Positions 40,865-49,713 of a stretch of DNA of 49,713 nucleotides are shown piece by piece; positions within the stretch are counted from its first letter, which is position 1; the number at the start of each line of letters is the position of its first letter. Made by a program: the position numbers and the translations under genes. Source of the DNA: Candidatus Hadarchaeales archaeon (GTDB taxonomy: Archaea > Hadarchaeota > Hadarchaeia > Hadarchaeales > Hadarchaeaceae); NCBI GenBank assembly GCA_038851075.1, contig JAWCLG010000006.1:1-49713 (forward strand), read 5' to 3'. Below the pieces are notes generated by a model. The model searched no databases, was not told where the DNA came from, and saw only the letters and a program-made list of their open reading frames with translations.

Positions 40865-42370
40865 GTGTGTTATTTGCCGTCCGATGAGCTGATGGAGCTT
40901 GCAAAGAGGCGCGGGTTCATCTGGCCTGCCTTCGAGATATACGGTGGAGTTGGCGGATTCTATGACTTCGGGCCGCTCGGGACCGCGCTCAGGAACAAGA
41001 TAATCCAGAGGTGGAGGGAGATATACGTCAACGGGGAGTGCTTTTTCGAGATAGACTCCCCCACGGTGACTCCCGAAGAGGTGCTGAAAGCCAGCGGCCA
41101 TGTGGATCATTTCGTCGACGCGATGGTTGAATGCAAAAAGTGCGGGGAAGCCTTCAAGGCCGTGGACCTGATAAAGGAAAAAACGGGCAAGGATCTGGAA
41201 GGCAGGCGAAAAAATGAGATGAAAGCGGAAATCGAAAAAAGCGGGCTCCGCTGCCCGGAATGCGGCGGGGAGCTTGGAGATGTCTTTGACTTCAACGCGA
41301 TGTTCAAGACAACAATAGGGCCTGGAAGCAAGAGAGTTGGTTACCTTAGGCCAGAAACCGCACAGGGGATATTCGTCTCCTTCAAGAGATTGCAGAGGCT
41401 CTCTCGCGGAAAGCTGCCGTTCGGCGTGGTGCAGATAGGCAAGGGATACCGGAACGAGATATCGCCGCGCCAGGGCATAATAAGGCTGAGGGAATTCACG
41501 ATGGCGGAGGCGGAGGTATTCTTCGACCCTGAAAACCCCAACCACCCGAACTTCAAGGATGTGGCTGGAGAGAAGGTCAGGCTCTGGCTGGCAAAGGACC
41601 AGCAGAGCGGTGTTGAGAGGATCACCGAAACGACCGCAGGGGATGCCGTGAAAAACGGGATAATATGCAACGAGCTTATGGCGCGATACATCTGCCTCAC
41701 AAAGAGATTCCTGCTTGACATAGGTATACCGGAAAACGCTCTCAGGTTCAGGGAGCAGACACCGGGGCAGAGGGCCCACTACTCGAGGGAGACATGGGAC
41801 GCGGAGGTATTCACAAACAGGTTCGGATGGGTTGAAGTCGCGGGGCTGGCCTACCGTACCGATTACGATTTATCGGGGCATGCCAAGTACAGCAAGGAAG
41901 ACCTCACCATATTTGATCAGGAAAAAAACAGAAAAATACTGTGTCACGTGGTAGAACCGTCGTACGGCATAGACAGGCCGTTTTATTGCGTGCTCGAGCA
42001 CTCATATACCTCTGAGGGAAAGAGAACTTACCTGAAGCTCAAGAAGTGGCTCGCGCCTGTTTCTGCCGGAGTGTTTCCTCTTGTTAACAAAGACGGGTTG
42101 CCAGAAAAAGCGATGGAGGTATGCCAGATGCTCAAACGCTCTGGGCTGACGGTGGAGTACGATGACGCGGGTTCAATCGGAAGAAGGTACGCAAGAGCTG
42201 ACGAAATAGGCACACCGTATTGCATTACTGTCGACTATGATACTCTGCGAGATGAAACCGTGACGATAAGAGACAGAGACACGACAAAACAGGAAAGAGT
42301 GAAGATAACGGAGCTGCCCGACCTTTTGAAAAAGCTGCTATCTGAGGACAGGTCACAGGAACAGTATTGA
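40865..42370 (+). CDS. glyS: Glycine--tRNA ligase (alpha2 type)
   Basis: LRPETAQG, RNEISPRQG..RLREF, EPSYGIDR, SIGRRYARADEIG. Confidence 0.97.
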   Translation: MCYLPSDELMELAKRRGFIWPAFEIYGGVGGFYDFGPLGTALRNKIIQRWREIYVNGECFFEIDSPTVTPEEVLKASGHVDHFVDAMVECKKCGEAFKAVDLIKEKTGKDLEGRRKNEMKAEIEKSGLRCPECGGELGDVFDFNAMFKTTIGPGSKRVGYLRPETAQGIFVSFKRLQRLSRGKLPFGVVQIGKGYRNEISPRQGIIRLREFTMAEAEVFFDPENPNHPNFKDVAGEKVRLWLAKDQQSGVERITETTAGDAVKNGIICNELMARYICLTKRFLLDIGIPENALRFREQTPGQRAHYSRETWDAEVFTNRFGWVEVAGLAYRTDYDLSGHAKYSKEDLTIFDQEKNRKILCHVVEPSYGIDRPFYCVLEHSYTSEGKRTYLKLKKWLAPVSAGVFPLVNKDGLPEKAMEVCQMLKRSGLTVEYDDAGSIGRRYARADEIGTPYCITVDYDTLRDETVTIRDRDTTKQERVKITELPDLLKKLLSEDRSQEQY

Positions 42371-43306
42371 GATTATGGGCAGAACTATGAAAAGCGAGAT
42401 CAGCGTGCTGTAGAACATCATCGCACTGTACAGCTTTGTGTCAAGCCTGTAATGTACGGCCAGCACGATGTTGAACACGGCGGGGGGCATGACCGACTGG
42501 ATGAGGGAGGGCAGCGGAGTAAGGTCTGACCTGAAACTCAGCCCAAGGGCCACAACTGACAATATGACCACAAGAGGAGAGATGACAAAACGGATAAAAC
42601 CAATCTCTGTAAGCATGCCAAGATACTTGCTGGGCCTTACGACTGTCATCTGGTAACCCACCACTACGAGCATCAGGAAAAAGAACGGCTTTGTCAGGTG
42701 CGAATCAAAAATATTGATTAGCGGATCTGGCACGGGTGCTCTGAACCATACAAAAAGCATGGCAACGATCAGCGCGAAAGCTGCAGGGAATGTAACCACG
42801 GTTTCCATAAGGGATCCAATCGAAACGCGCGTCTTTGAGGCGGATGAAGCAAGCGCCACCCCGAACACGAGATTCAAAATTCCCACCCCCATTGCGTAAA
42901 GGCTGGCGGGCCCGAGAAAATCAGGTCCAAGGAGAGCATAGACCGCCGAAAGACCGAGATGTGTAACGTTCATGAATGCCGCGTTGAGCACAAGCGCCAC
43001 GGTGGTCCTCCGGTCATAATTCCTGTAATGCGAGATGAGATACGCAAAAATAAAACAGACGCCCATGCTGATGAAAGCCATCAAGAACGCATTTCCGAAT
43101 CCGAGTATTTCGTTTATGCTGTACCTCGCTATGGAGAAAAAGACCACAACAGGCAAAATGCACCACACGGCAAAACCCATCAGCGCTCTGAAAAAAGGTC
43201 TGCCGAACATCCCGAGAACTTTAAACCTATCGCACGCCATTCTTATGAGCGCCCCGAGAAGCACTACTCCAAGCACATAAGTTGCGGGACGAAGAAACTC
43301 CTCCAT
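42353..43306 (-). CDS. AEC-family transporter
   Basis: About 10 TM; F.N...LG, MPPAV. Confidence 0.8.
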   Translation of the reverse strand: MEEFLRPATYVLGVVLLGALIRMACDRFKVLGMFGRPFFRALMGFAVWCILPVVVFFSIARYSINEILGFGNAFLMAFISMGVCFIFAYLISHYRNYDRRTTVALVLNAAFMNVTHLGLSAVYALLGPDFLGPASLYAMGVGILNLVFGVALASSASKTRVSIGSLMETVVTFPAAFALIVAMLFVWFRAPVPDPLINIFDSHLTKPFFFLMLVVVGYQMTVVRPSKYLGMLTEIGFIRFVISPLVVILSVVALGLSFRSDLTPLPSLIQSVMPPAVFNIVLAVHYRLDTKLYSAMMFYSTLISLFIVLPIISILFL

Positions 43307-43346
43307 TTATCTCACCCCGCAAATACTCTTCTCCGCCCTATTAAGC

Positions 43347-43841
43347 TCAATCAAGAACAATTCCCTTCACCTCAAGCCCTATCTCCTCAGCACGCTTCAT
43401 CACTTTCTTTGCTGTCTGTCCTAACTCCTCAGGGCCTTTTTTTATCATTTCCTCCAGCCTTGCAATGCATTCATCAAGTTTTTTTAGCACAGCGTCTTTT
43501 TTTATATCCTCCCTGAGTTTTCCCTTTATCTCGTTTTCATAGATCTCATCGATAGAGCTGGATATGCTGACAATCTCAAGCAGGTGCCCCATCCTCAGAA
43601 TCTCAGAAGCGACCATTCTTCCAATATCAGTAAGTCTCACGACCCTCACCCTTCCCTGCTCGCTCGACTTCACCAGACCGAGTATCTCCAACTTCTCCAA
43701 GACCCGAAACGCGTGGGCATATGTGCTCTCGGCCGCCTCCGCCAGCCCTGCTATGTACATGGGCTCGGTCGCCTCTACCAGTGCCCTCATTATCCTCACG
43801 GGCTTTTCCTGCAAAAACAGGTCTTCAGGTTTTGTCTTCAA
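43347..43841 (-). CDS. MarR-like wHTH protein with helical C-terminal extension
   Basis: FLQEKP, STYAH...L..LE..GLV...QGRVRVVRLTD.G. Confidence 0.88.
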   Translation of the reverse strand: MKTKPEDLFLQEKPVRIMRALVEATEPMYIAGLAEAAESTYAHAFRVLEKLEILGLVKSSEQGRVRVVRLTDIGRMVASEILRMGHLLEIVSISSSIDEIYENEIKGKLREDIKKDAVLKKLDECIARLEEMIKKGPEELGQTAKKVMKRAEEIGLEVKGIVLD

Positions 43842-43903
43842 ACCCGCGACCCCCCTCGCATAATATTAGATCCACCTCCTTATAATATTTACTATAATAT
43901 ATG

Positions 43904-43941
43904 TTTTAAAATATATATTTGCTCAAATATATATTTTAAAA
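43904..43941. repeat. Perfect inverted repeat, 18-bp arms, 2-nt spacer
   Basis: TTTTAAAATATATATTTG-CT-CAAATATATATTTTAAAA. Confidence 0.95.
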
Positions 43942-43987
43942 GATACATTTAAAACCGGAAAATGAAAATCTGGACAGGAACACGATA

Positions 43988-44215
43988 TTACCCATTAAAG
44001 GTAACGATCCGAAAAACCTGGGATGAAAGAAGATGGAAATTTGGGAAAGAAGGTGGATGATTTAGGCCAGTTACTTTTGTAAGGGTAACCCGGGAAAATG
44101 AGAATTCGGCGTGAGTGTTGCAGGGGGAGCCATTATGGGTAAAAAAATTACCCTGGATAAGCATTAAATAGCAGAATTACCTATTAATGAGGGAGAAGTT
44201 ACCCTTGAAAGGTGA
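43988..44215. promoter_or_regulatory. Array of TTACC(C) half-sites, probable protein-binding sites
   Basis: Seven exact TTACC/GGTAA in about 230 bp, two arranged as TTACC-N7-GGT(A/G)A. Confidence 0.6.
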
Positions 44216-44219
44216 AAGT

Positions 44220-44579
44220 ATGGAAGAGAGAAGCGGGGCCGAGAGGCTTTTGAACCTGGCTTATGGGAATCATCCCAAGAGCGCAGCGCTGAAGCCCAAG
44301 GCGTTGAGAGTCCTGAGAGCGTTGCGGGAGGGGGCGAAAACCGTGGAGGAGCTGGGTGGCATACTGGAGCTTGACCTGAACACCGCCGCGGGCAAGAAGA
44401 AATTTTATGTTTTGGTTAAACCGCTCAGGGAAACTGGGATGATCTCGGTAAGAAGGACAGGAGGGAAGACCTTCTACTACCTGAGCTATGAGGGGTTCAA
44501 CCAGTACCTAAGGGAGATAAGGAAGGAGGCAGAGTATTGGCTAAACCCGACCCAGACCCAAGCGAAAAACAGTATATAG
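44220..44579 (+). CDS. Winged-helix DNA-binding protein
   Basis: ATG after GGTGA; LRALREGAKTVEEL...LRETGMI..RRTGGKTFYYLS. Confidence 0.82.
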   Translation: MEERSGAERLLNLAYGNHPKSAALKPKALRVLRALREGAKTVEELGGILELDLNTAAGKKKFYVLVKPLRETGMISVRRTGGKTFYYLSYEGFNQYLREIRKEAEYWLNPTQTQAKNSI

Positions 44580-44610
44580 GAAAACGAACAGGAGAGAAAG
44601 AGGGATTGGT

Positions 44611-44961
44611 CTGACGAGAAAGACAGGGAAGGCCGCCGTGAAGGCCAGACAGCAGATGAAGAGCGCCAAGCTCGCTAGGTACAAGCGCGAGCTTGCGCAG
44701 GCCGGAGTGAAGCTCAGCCTGCCAAAGCCTTCAGCGAAGGCTCAGAAGGAGAAGGAGGAGGAACTGAAGCGCCTCTATCTGGAACTTTTCCCGGAAGCCG
44801 CTGCGAGGAAGGAAGAGCCGGCCGAGGCCCCTTCGGAGGGGTCCACATCCGAGGAATTGCCCCCCGAGGCCGAACCGCAGGCTGAGGAAAAATCTCAAGC
44901 CTCCAGCGAGGAGACCTCAGGGGAAAAAGCTGAAGCTGAAACGCCGCAGCAAGAGAGTTGA
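44611..44961 (+). CDS. Hypothetical protein, basic N-terminus and acidic low-complexity tail (CTG 44611 or GTG 44638 start)
   Basis: Open frame, K/R-rich then E/P/A/S-rich. Confidence 0.7.
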   Translation: MTRKTGKAAVKARQQMKSAKLARYKRELAQAGVKLSLPKPSAKAQKEKEEELKRLYLELFPEAAARKEEPAEAPSEGSTSEELPPEAEPQAEEKSQASSEETSGEKAEAETPQQES

Positions 44962-44967
44962 GCATCG

Positions 44968-45540
44968 GTGGCCTTGCGAAGTATGAGGTGGATCGGAGCC
45001 ATCTGCGGCATAGCTGCGCCGGCAGTTGCGTTCATAGCCATAGCGACCTCCATCCTGCTTTCTCCGTGGTTCAGCTGGCATTCCAATGCACTGAGCGATC
45101 TGGGAAATTATGCGAGAAGCACCGCGGCAATCGTGTTTAACACGGGGCTTTTTATCTCCGGGGTGTTGACGTCGGTCTTCGGGATGGGAGTCATCAATGA
45201 GTTTAAGGACAGCAAAGTAGGAAAAGTGGGCGCGATTTTTCTTTTCGTTGCTGGGATTGCTCTTGCTTGTATAGGAATACTCAGCGAGGATGCTGGAGTG
45301 GTGCACTTCTACGTCTCGGTTGCTTTCTTCTCGGCATTTCCGATATCCTTGCTCATCCTTGGTCCTGCCATATTCATGAGGAGAAAGCCCTGGCTCGGCG
45401 CTTTTACATTATTGATAGCTTTCCTGACAGCATTCCCCTGGAGCTTTCAGTGGGATGGTGTCGCAATCCCAGAGGCAATATCCGCGACCTTTGCCTCCCT
45501 ATGGGCCATCACAATATCCCTGAAAATGCTCAAGGGCTAA
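44968..45540 (+). CDS. DUF998 membrane protein
   Basis: PWFSW..NALSDLG, FN.GL, H..VS..FF, AIPE. Confidence 0.88.
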   Translation: MALRSMRWIGAICGIAAPAVAFIAIATSILLSPWFSWHSNALSDLGNYARSTAAIVFNTGLFISGVLTSVFGMGVINEFKDSKVGKVGAIFLFVAGIALACIGILSEDAGVVHFYVSVAFFSAFPISLLILGPAIFMRRKPWLGAFTLLIAFLTAFPWSFQWDGVAIPEAISATFASLWAITISLKMLKG

Positions 45541-46229
45541 GTCCAACTGTGCGTCAAGTCGACAATGTTTGCCCCCAGTTTTTCCTTAAGCCATCTCAGC
45601 AGCTCACCACATATCCTCAGCTTAATGATCTTTCGTTTCGGGTCCTTCTTCCCAGAGTACCTTCCTATCTTGTCCCCAAGATCCATTCCGATCAGATATA
45701 TCCTTGACGCCCCGAGCTCATGGGCGAGAAAGGCAGCACGATCCCCATCTGTGAATCCACCGAAGTTGAAGAGTTTCCCAAACGGTTTAACCTGCGTGGT
45801 TCCAATCACGCGCTCTTTTAAATTTGGTACAACCTTGCGTATACTCCTGACATTGTCTCCGTGCGCGTGAACGACCATCCATGACCCGTTCTTCCATGCG
45901 TCAAGCTGGTCGCCAGTATTTCCATCCAAATCCGTGACGATGATGTCAGGGACGCGGTGCTCCAGAACTGCGCTTGTGGCGCCATCCGCCGCTATGATCG
46001 TGAGGTCCAGCATGCCAGATCTCTGGAGCCCCAGAAGATCTTCCACAAGGGAGGGTCCAGCTCCCACCACTATACACTCCGCGTTTTTCACAATTTTTCT
46101 CATATGCTCCATCATAGGTTCTGGCAGGAGGGAGTCCAGCAACTTCGCTGCTATTTCATCAGACCGGATATCCAGTCCAAGCTCCGCCGCTATCCTTTCG
46201 TACCACGGTTTCCAAGTTTTCCACTCCAC
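45537..46229 (-). CDS. mptE: 6-hydroxymethyl-dihydropterin diphosphokinase (MptE-like)
   Basis: GAGPSL, AADGA, TDLDG, HAHGDN, GGFTDGDRA. Confidence 0.92.
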   Translation of the reverse strand: MEWKTWKPWYERIAAELGLDIRSDEIAAKLLDSLLPEPMMEHMRKIVKNAECIVVGAGPSLVEDLLGLQRSGMLDLTIIAADGATSAVLEHRVPDIIVTDLDGNTGDQLDAWKNGSWMVVHAHGDNVRSIRKVVPNLKERVIGTTQVKPFGKLFNFGGFTDGDRAAFLAHELGASRIYLIGMDLGDKIGRYSGKKDPKRKIIKLRICGELLRWLKEKLGANIVDLTHSWT

Positions 46230-46241
46230 AAAATCACCCGG

Positions 46242-48026
46242 TCACATGGTTTCCCTTACCATTTCATATCCGGCAAGCACTTCAACCCAGGTCTGCTCCG
46301 TCTGCCGGTAGACATCGTATGGCAGGTTTCCGATGTACAGCGCCGGGCGCTTTGATTGCGGCTCAAGGGACACCCACCCCTCGCCAGGGATCAACGCCTG
46401 CGCCCAGGCATGGCTGGCCACAGTCCTCCCATCAGGGGTTTTCGTGACAACGAATTCCCATCCAGCCGGAGGAGTCCACTCAGATGTGATCCACCCGTAG
46501 ACTCTTCTGGCAGGAACGCCGGCTGTTCTGGCCAAGGCGAGATAGACGTTGGTGAAATCCCTGCACTGCCCACGACCTATCCGCATTATCTCCTCGGAAG
46601 TGGGTGGCTTGAAGTAAAGTCCATATGTGATGTTTGAGCCTGTCCAGTTGCATATTTCCTCCACAGTCTTCCTGTTGTCGAGGCCTGAGGGAAGGTTTTC
46701 CAGTACCTCGAGCGCCTGCTTCCCTTTCACGACCACATACGGTTCCGAAAGCAGATAATACGCGTTTTCTGCCCCCAGGGTGTGGCTTCCCCAGGCCAGC
46801 TCACCGCGCGGCACCGGAGCCACCATCACCCTCTCAGGGAGACGACACGATCGCCTGAAGTCGGAAAGGATGCGAAGGAAGGTGTAGAGGAGATCCGAAG
46901 GCCTCATCCTTCCAGCCGGGGTTTCAAACCATGCCGGTATGGACTCCAGGCCCGCCACCTGGGCTGCGAGCCGGAGGTAATCTTCCATTGAGAGCTCGGC
47001 CCAGCAGGTGCTCCAGTCCCCGACCTCTTGGGACGGCCACCGAGTATCCGGCACCTCCTCCAGCGTGAGTTCGGATCCCTCAGAGATGGACAGTATGGCC
47101 CGGGCGGAACCTCTGAATATCTGGGAGGGGGAAAGCCAGCGCCATCCCTCGAGGCAGATCGGGTAGTTTTCCTCCATCTCCCTCCCATATTTCAGATCGA
47201 GCCTCACCCACTCGAGGGTGTCCAGAAATGAGAGGTTTTCTGGACCCGGGCCCGAATATTCAACAACGCGCTCGGAGTAATTTTCAAGGAACTCCTCCAG
47301 CGTTATCGTCATCTCGTTTTCCGTGGACGTCACCTCAACTGTGTTTTCAACCAACATGTATCTCCCGTCTGATGTCAGCAGCCCGACCGAGCCCCTCTGG
47401 TATGACCCGCCACCGTAGTCCATGAAATACGACTCCTCCCTCAGCCTCACGTCAGTCGCTCCCTCCGGAAAGTATGTGATGTCCTCCGAGATAACATGAT
47501 AGAAGGCGAAGTTAAGTCCGATCGCCGTTACTAGGCTCCGCATCTGTATCCAGCTCCTGTCCGCATCGGATATGTAGTCCTCGGCCCCCATCCTTCTGTC
47601 CACCCAGCTCAGGTCAACCTTCCACAGGTCTCCATCCCACCTCGCGAGGTACGGAATCCTCCACGTCATGGTGACTGTGAAGTTCTCGTTATCCCCCAGT
47701 CCGGATATGCTTCCCGAGAAGTTCTCAAGCTCAAGGCCCATCATGGCGTACAATTTCCTGATGTTCGCCTCATAGCTCGTCATAATGTCGTTTTCCCCTA
47801 TGCTCAGGGCAATTGTCTTAAAATAGGATGTGAGCTGTGATGGGGGCATCCAGGCCACCAGCCTGCACTCCGCGCTGCCGTCCCAGTTTATGCGGGTTTC
47901 ACCGATATGATACTCGTAGAAATCCGCGAATTTGGGCTCCCCCTCCGGCCCAAAACTTAGGAACACCACAGCTCCGATGGCGACCAGCGCCCCCAATATC
48001 AGAGCGATATAATATCTCCCAGACGT
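46242..48026 (-). CDS. Membrane-anchored transglutaminase-like protein with PMBR-like repeats (start uncertain: TTG 47996 or ACG 48026)
   Basis: N-terminal TM; GQCRDF, SHAWAQ, W..LEP triad. Confidence 0.85.
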   Translation of the reverse strand, partial: TSGRYYIALILGALVAIGAVVFLSFGPEGEPKFADFYEYHIGETRINWDGSAECRLVAWMPPSQLTSYFKTIALSIGENDIMTSYEANIRKLYAMMGLELENFSGSISGLGDNENFTVTMTWRIPYLARWDGDLWKVDLSWVDRRMGAEDYISDADRSWIQMRSLVTAIGLNFAFYHVISEDITYFPEGATDVRLREESYFMDYGGGSYQRGSVGLLTSDGRYMLVENTVEVTSTENEMTITLEEFLENYSERVVEYSGPGPENLSFLDTLEWVRLDLKYGREMEENYPICLEGWRWLSPSQIFRGSARAILSISEGSELTLEEVPDTRWPSQEVGDWSTCWAELSMEDYLRLAAQVAGLESIPAWFETPAGRMRPSDLLYTFLRILSDFRRSCRLPERVMVAPVPRGELAWGSHTLGAENAYYLLSEPYVVVKGKQALEVLENLPSGLDNRKTVEEICNWTGSNITYGLYFKPPTSEEIMRIGRGQCRDFTNVYLALARTAGVPARRVYGWITSEWTPPAGWEFVVTKTPDGRTVASHAWAQALIPGEGWVSLEPQSKRPALYIGNLPYDVYRQTEQTWVEVLAGYEMVRETM

Positions 48027-48040
48027 GGATCCATCTCCCC

Positions 48041-49045
48041 TCAGTGATCGATCGACCTTCTGGCAGACCTGGCGGCCTCCACCATCACCTCAAGCTTTCT
48101 CACGGCCTCATCGACTGTTCTGGTCTTCAGTCCGCAGTCCGGATCTATCCAGAGCTGTTCAGGTTTGACCGCCTCGAGGGCGGCCCTGATGCGGGCCTCC
48201 ACTGTTTTCTGCTCCTCGACAACGTGAGAGTGAACATCCACCACTCCGAAGGATATGTCCTTCGTGAACGGATGCTTCTTGAAAAGCTCGACGAGGTCCA
48301 GGTTTGAGTTAGAGGTTTCCAGGTCAAGGTTGTCGACCGGCAGGTTCAGCATCTCCGGGTATATGAACTCAAATGCCCCATAACAGACGTGTGTTATGAA
48401 GTATGCCTCCACGCCGGAAGTTACTATCCTCATCGCCTCCACAGCAAACTCCGGCAGCTCATTTGGCCGAGCCGAAAGGGCAGGCTCATCCACCTGTATT
48501 ATCCTTGCTCCCGCCCTCGCCAGCGCCTTCACCTCCTCGTGCAGGCACCTTGCCAAGGCGAGGCAGGCATCTCTGCGGCTCGGATAGTACTCGTTGAACG
48601 ACCAGTCCATCATTGTGTAGGGCCCCGTTATCATTCCCTTCACCGGCTTTTTCGTCAGGCTCTGCGCGAACTTCCACCAGTCTACGGTTATGGGACCCCT
48701 CCATCTCACCTCCCCCCTTATCACGGGCTTGCGGTAATACCGGTTCCCATAGCTTCTCACAAGCCCGCTTATGCCAAATCCATCCATGTTTTCTGCGAAA
48801 TACGTCGCCATGTCTCCCCGGTACATCTCACCGTCAACCAGCACATCCAGGCCGATCCTCTCCTGTGTCTCAATCCACTCCCTGGTCGCCCTCTCCTCCA
48901 GCTCGCGCAGCTCATCCGCGCTCATCTCCCCAGCCGAGTGTTTCCTCCTAGCCTCGAGCAAGTAGTCGGGTTTTGGAAAGCTGCCCACGGAGGTCGTGGG
49001 GAGCAAGGGGAGCTTTATTCCGAGCCCTTCCAGCTTTTTCCTCAC
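48041..49045 (-). CDS. metE: Cobalamin-independent methionine synthase, catalytic half
   Basis: TSVGSFPKP, DGE.YRGDM..YF, THVCY, PDCGLKT. Confidence 0.93.
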   Translation of the reverse strand: MRKKLEGLGIKLPLLPTTSVGSFPKPDYLLEARRKHSAGEMSADELRELEERATREWIETQERIGLDVLVDGEMYRGDMATYFAENMDGFGISGLVRSYGNRYYRKPVIRGEVRWRGPITVDWWKFAQSLTKKPVKGMITGPYTMMDWSFNEYYPSRRDACLALARCLHEEVKALARAGARIIQVDEPALSARPNELPEFAVEAMRIVTSGVEAYFITHVCYGAFEFIYPEMLNLPVDNLDLETSNSNLDLVELFKKHPFTKDISFGVVDVHSHVVEEQKTVEARIRAALEAVKPEQLWIDPDCGLKTRTVDEAVRKLEVMVEAARSARRSIDH

Positions 49046-49713
49046 GCCACCCCCTCCTTGATCCTCCCGGCTATCCTCGCCAAGTTCTGAAGCTTTCTGA
49101 AGGCCACGTCACGGGGTAGGTACTCGAGGCCGCAGGACGGGCACAGGTAAATCCGCTTTCCCCTGAACCCCTCAAGCACGCTTTCAACTTTCCTGACCAC
49201 GTCCTCCTCGGCCTCCATGCGGGTGTTCCTCCCGTCGATGATGCCGATGCCCAGATCCTTGTCACAGCCCGTGTCCTCAATGATCCCCACCAGATCCTTG
49301 CCGTATGTGAAATCGAAGCTGAGGGCGCCCACCGGAAGATCAAGCATCTTCGAATACATCCTGCTCGGATCTCCGAAATACACGTGGAGGATCAAATCCG
49401 CATCCCGGCCGGCCCTTGAGAGCACATCGAGCGAGGACCTGAGCACATCTAGATCCTCCGGGTGCCCGAGTATCGCGGGCTCGTCGATCTGTATGATCTT
49501 GGCACCGGCCTCCGCCAGATCTCCCACCTCCTCTGAGGCCACCTGTGAGAGCTCCTCTACGAGCCGGGAGAGGCCAGCTTCCCTGCGGTCTATTGAGAGC
49601 CTCGCGAGGGTGTATGGTCCAGTGATGACAGGTTTTACTGTCCTAGGGGATACGCTTGCCGCGAACTCGAACTCCCTTTTGAGGATCGGAGCCCTCCTCC
49701 GCATCCTTCCCAT
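49042..49713 (-). CDS. MetE N-terminal-half-like protein (5' truncated by window)
   Basis: KPVITGPYTL, QIDEP, GIIDGRN, PSCGLEYLP; HVYF instead of HxC. Confidence 0.85.
   Translation of the reverse strand: MGRMRRRAPILKREFEFAASVSPRTVKPVITGPYTLARLSIDRREAGLSRLVEELSQVASEEVGDLAEAGAKIIQIDEPAILGHPEDLDVLRSSLDVLSRAGRDADLILHVYFGDPSRMYSKMLDLPVGALSFDFTYGKDLVGIIEDTGCDKDLGIGIIDGRNTRMEAEEDVVRKVESVLEGFRGKRIYLCPSCGLEYLPRDVAFRKLQNLARIAGRIKEGVA

Noticed and set aside
43826-43880. 11-codon upstream ORF after AGGAGGTG overlapping the wHTH start
   Set aside because: SD spacing is long and the peptide too short to support without conservation data.
43842-44219. Canonical ORB/Cdc6 origin or CRISPR array
   Set aside because: No ORB consensus, no cdc6, no regularly spaced repeats with spacers.

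Overview
Archaeal chromosomal segment: class I CCA enzyme, TiaS, Dph5, Tsr3, PINA, Sec61beta, archaeal riboflavin operon and BHB-type tRNA introns. A Hadarchaeota-like lineage is a guess only. It is mostly housekeeping genes, with no CRISPR, integrase, transposase or rRNA. The most notable points are: (1) two outward-facing GLUG-repeat surface-protein genes about 30 kb apart that share 202/203-bp and 121/121-bp identical blocks around a divergent, lower-GC, length-variable repeat cassette, suggesting inversion or gene-conversion surface variation; (2) a strong [D/E]-Asn bias in exported proteins; (3) a candidate pseudoknotted ncRNA beside an unannotated RHH gene; (4) an AT-rich 18-bp-arm inverted repeat plus a TTACC repeat array between two divergent wHTH genes; (5) two tRNAs with non-canonical introns; (6) a transglutaminase with pseudomurein-binding-like repeats; (7) probable CTG/ACG start codons. 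All calls are by eye; no searches were run.
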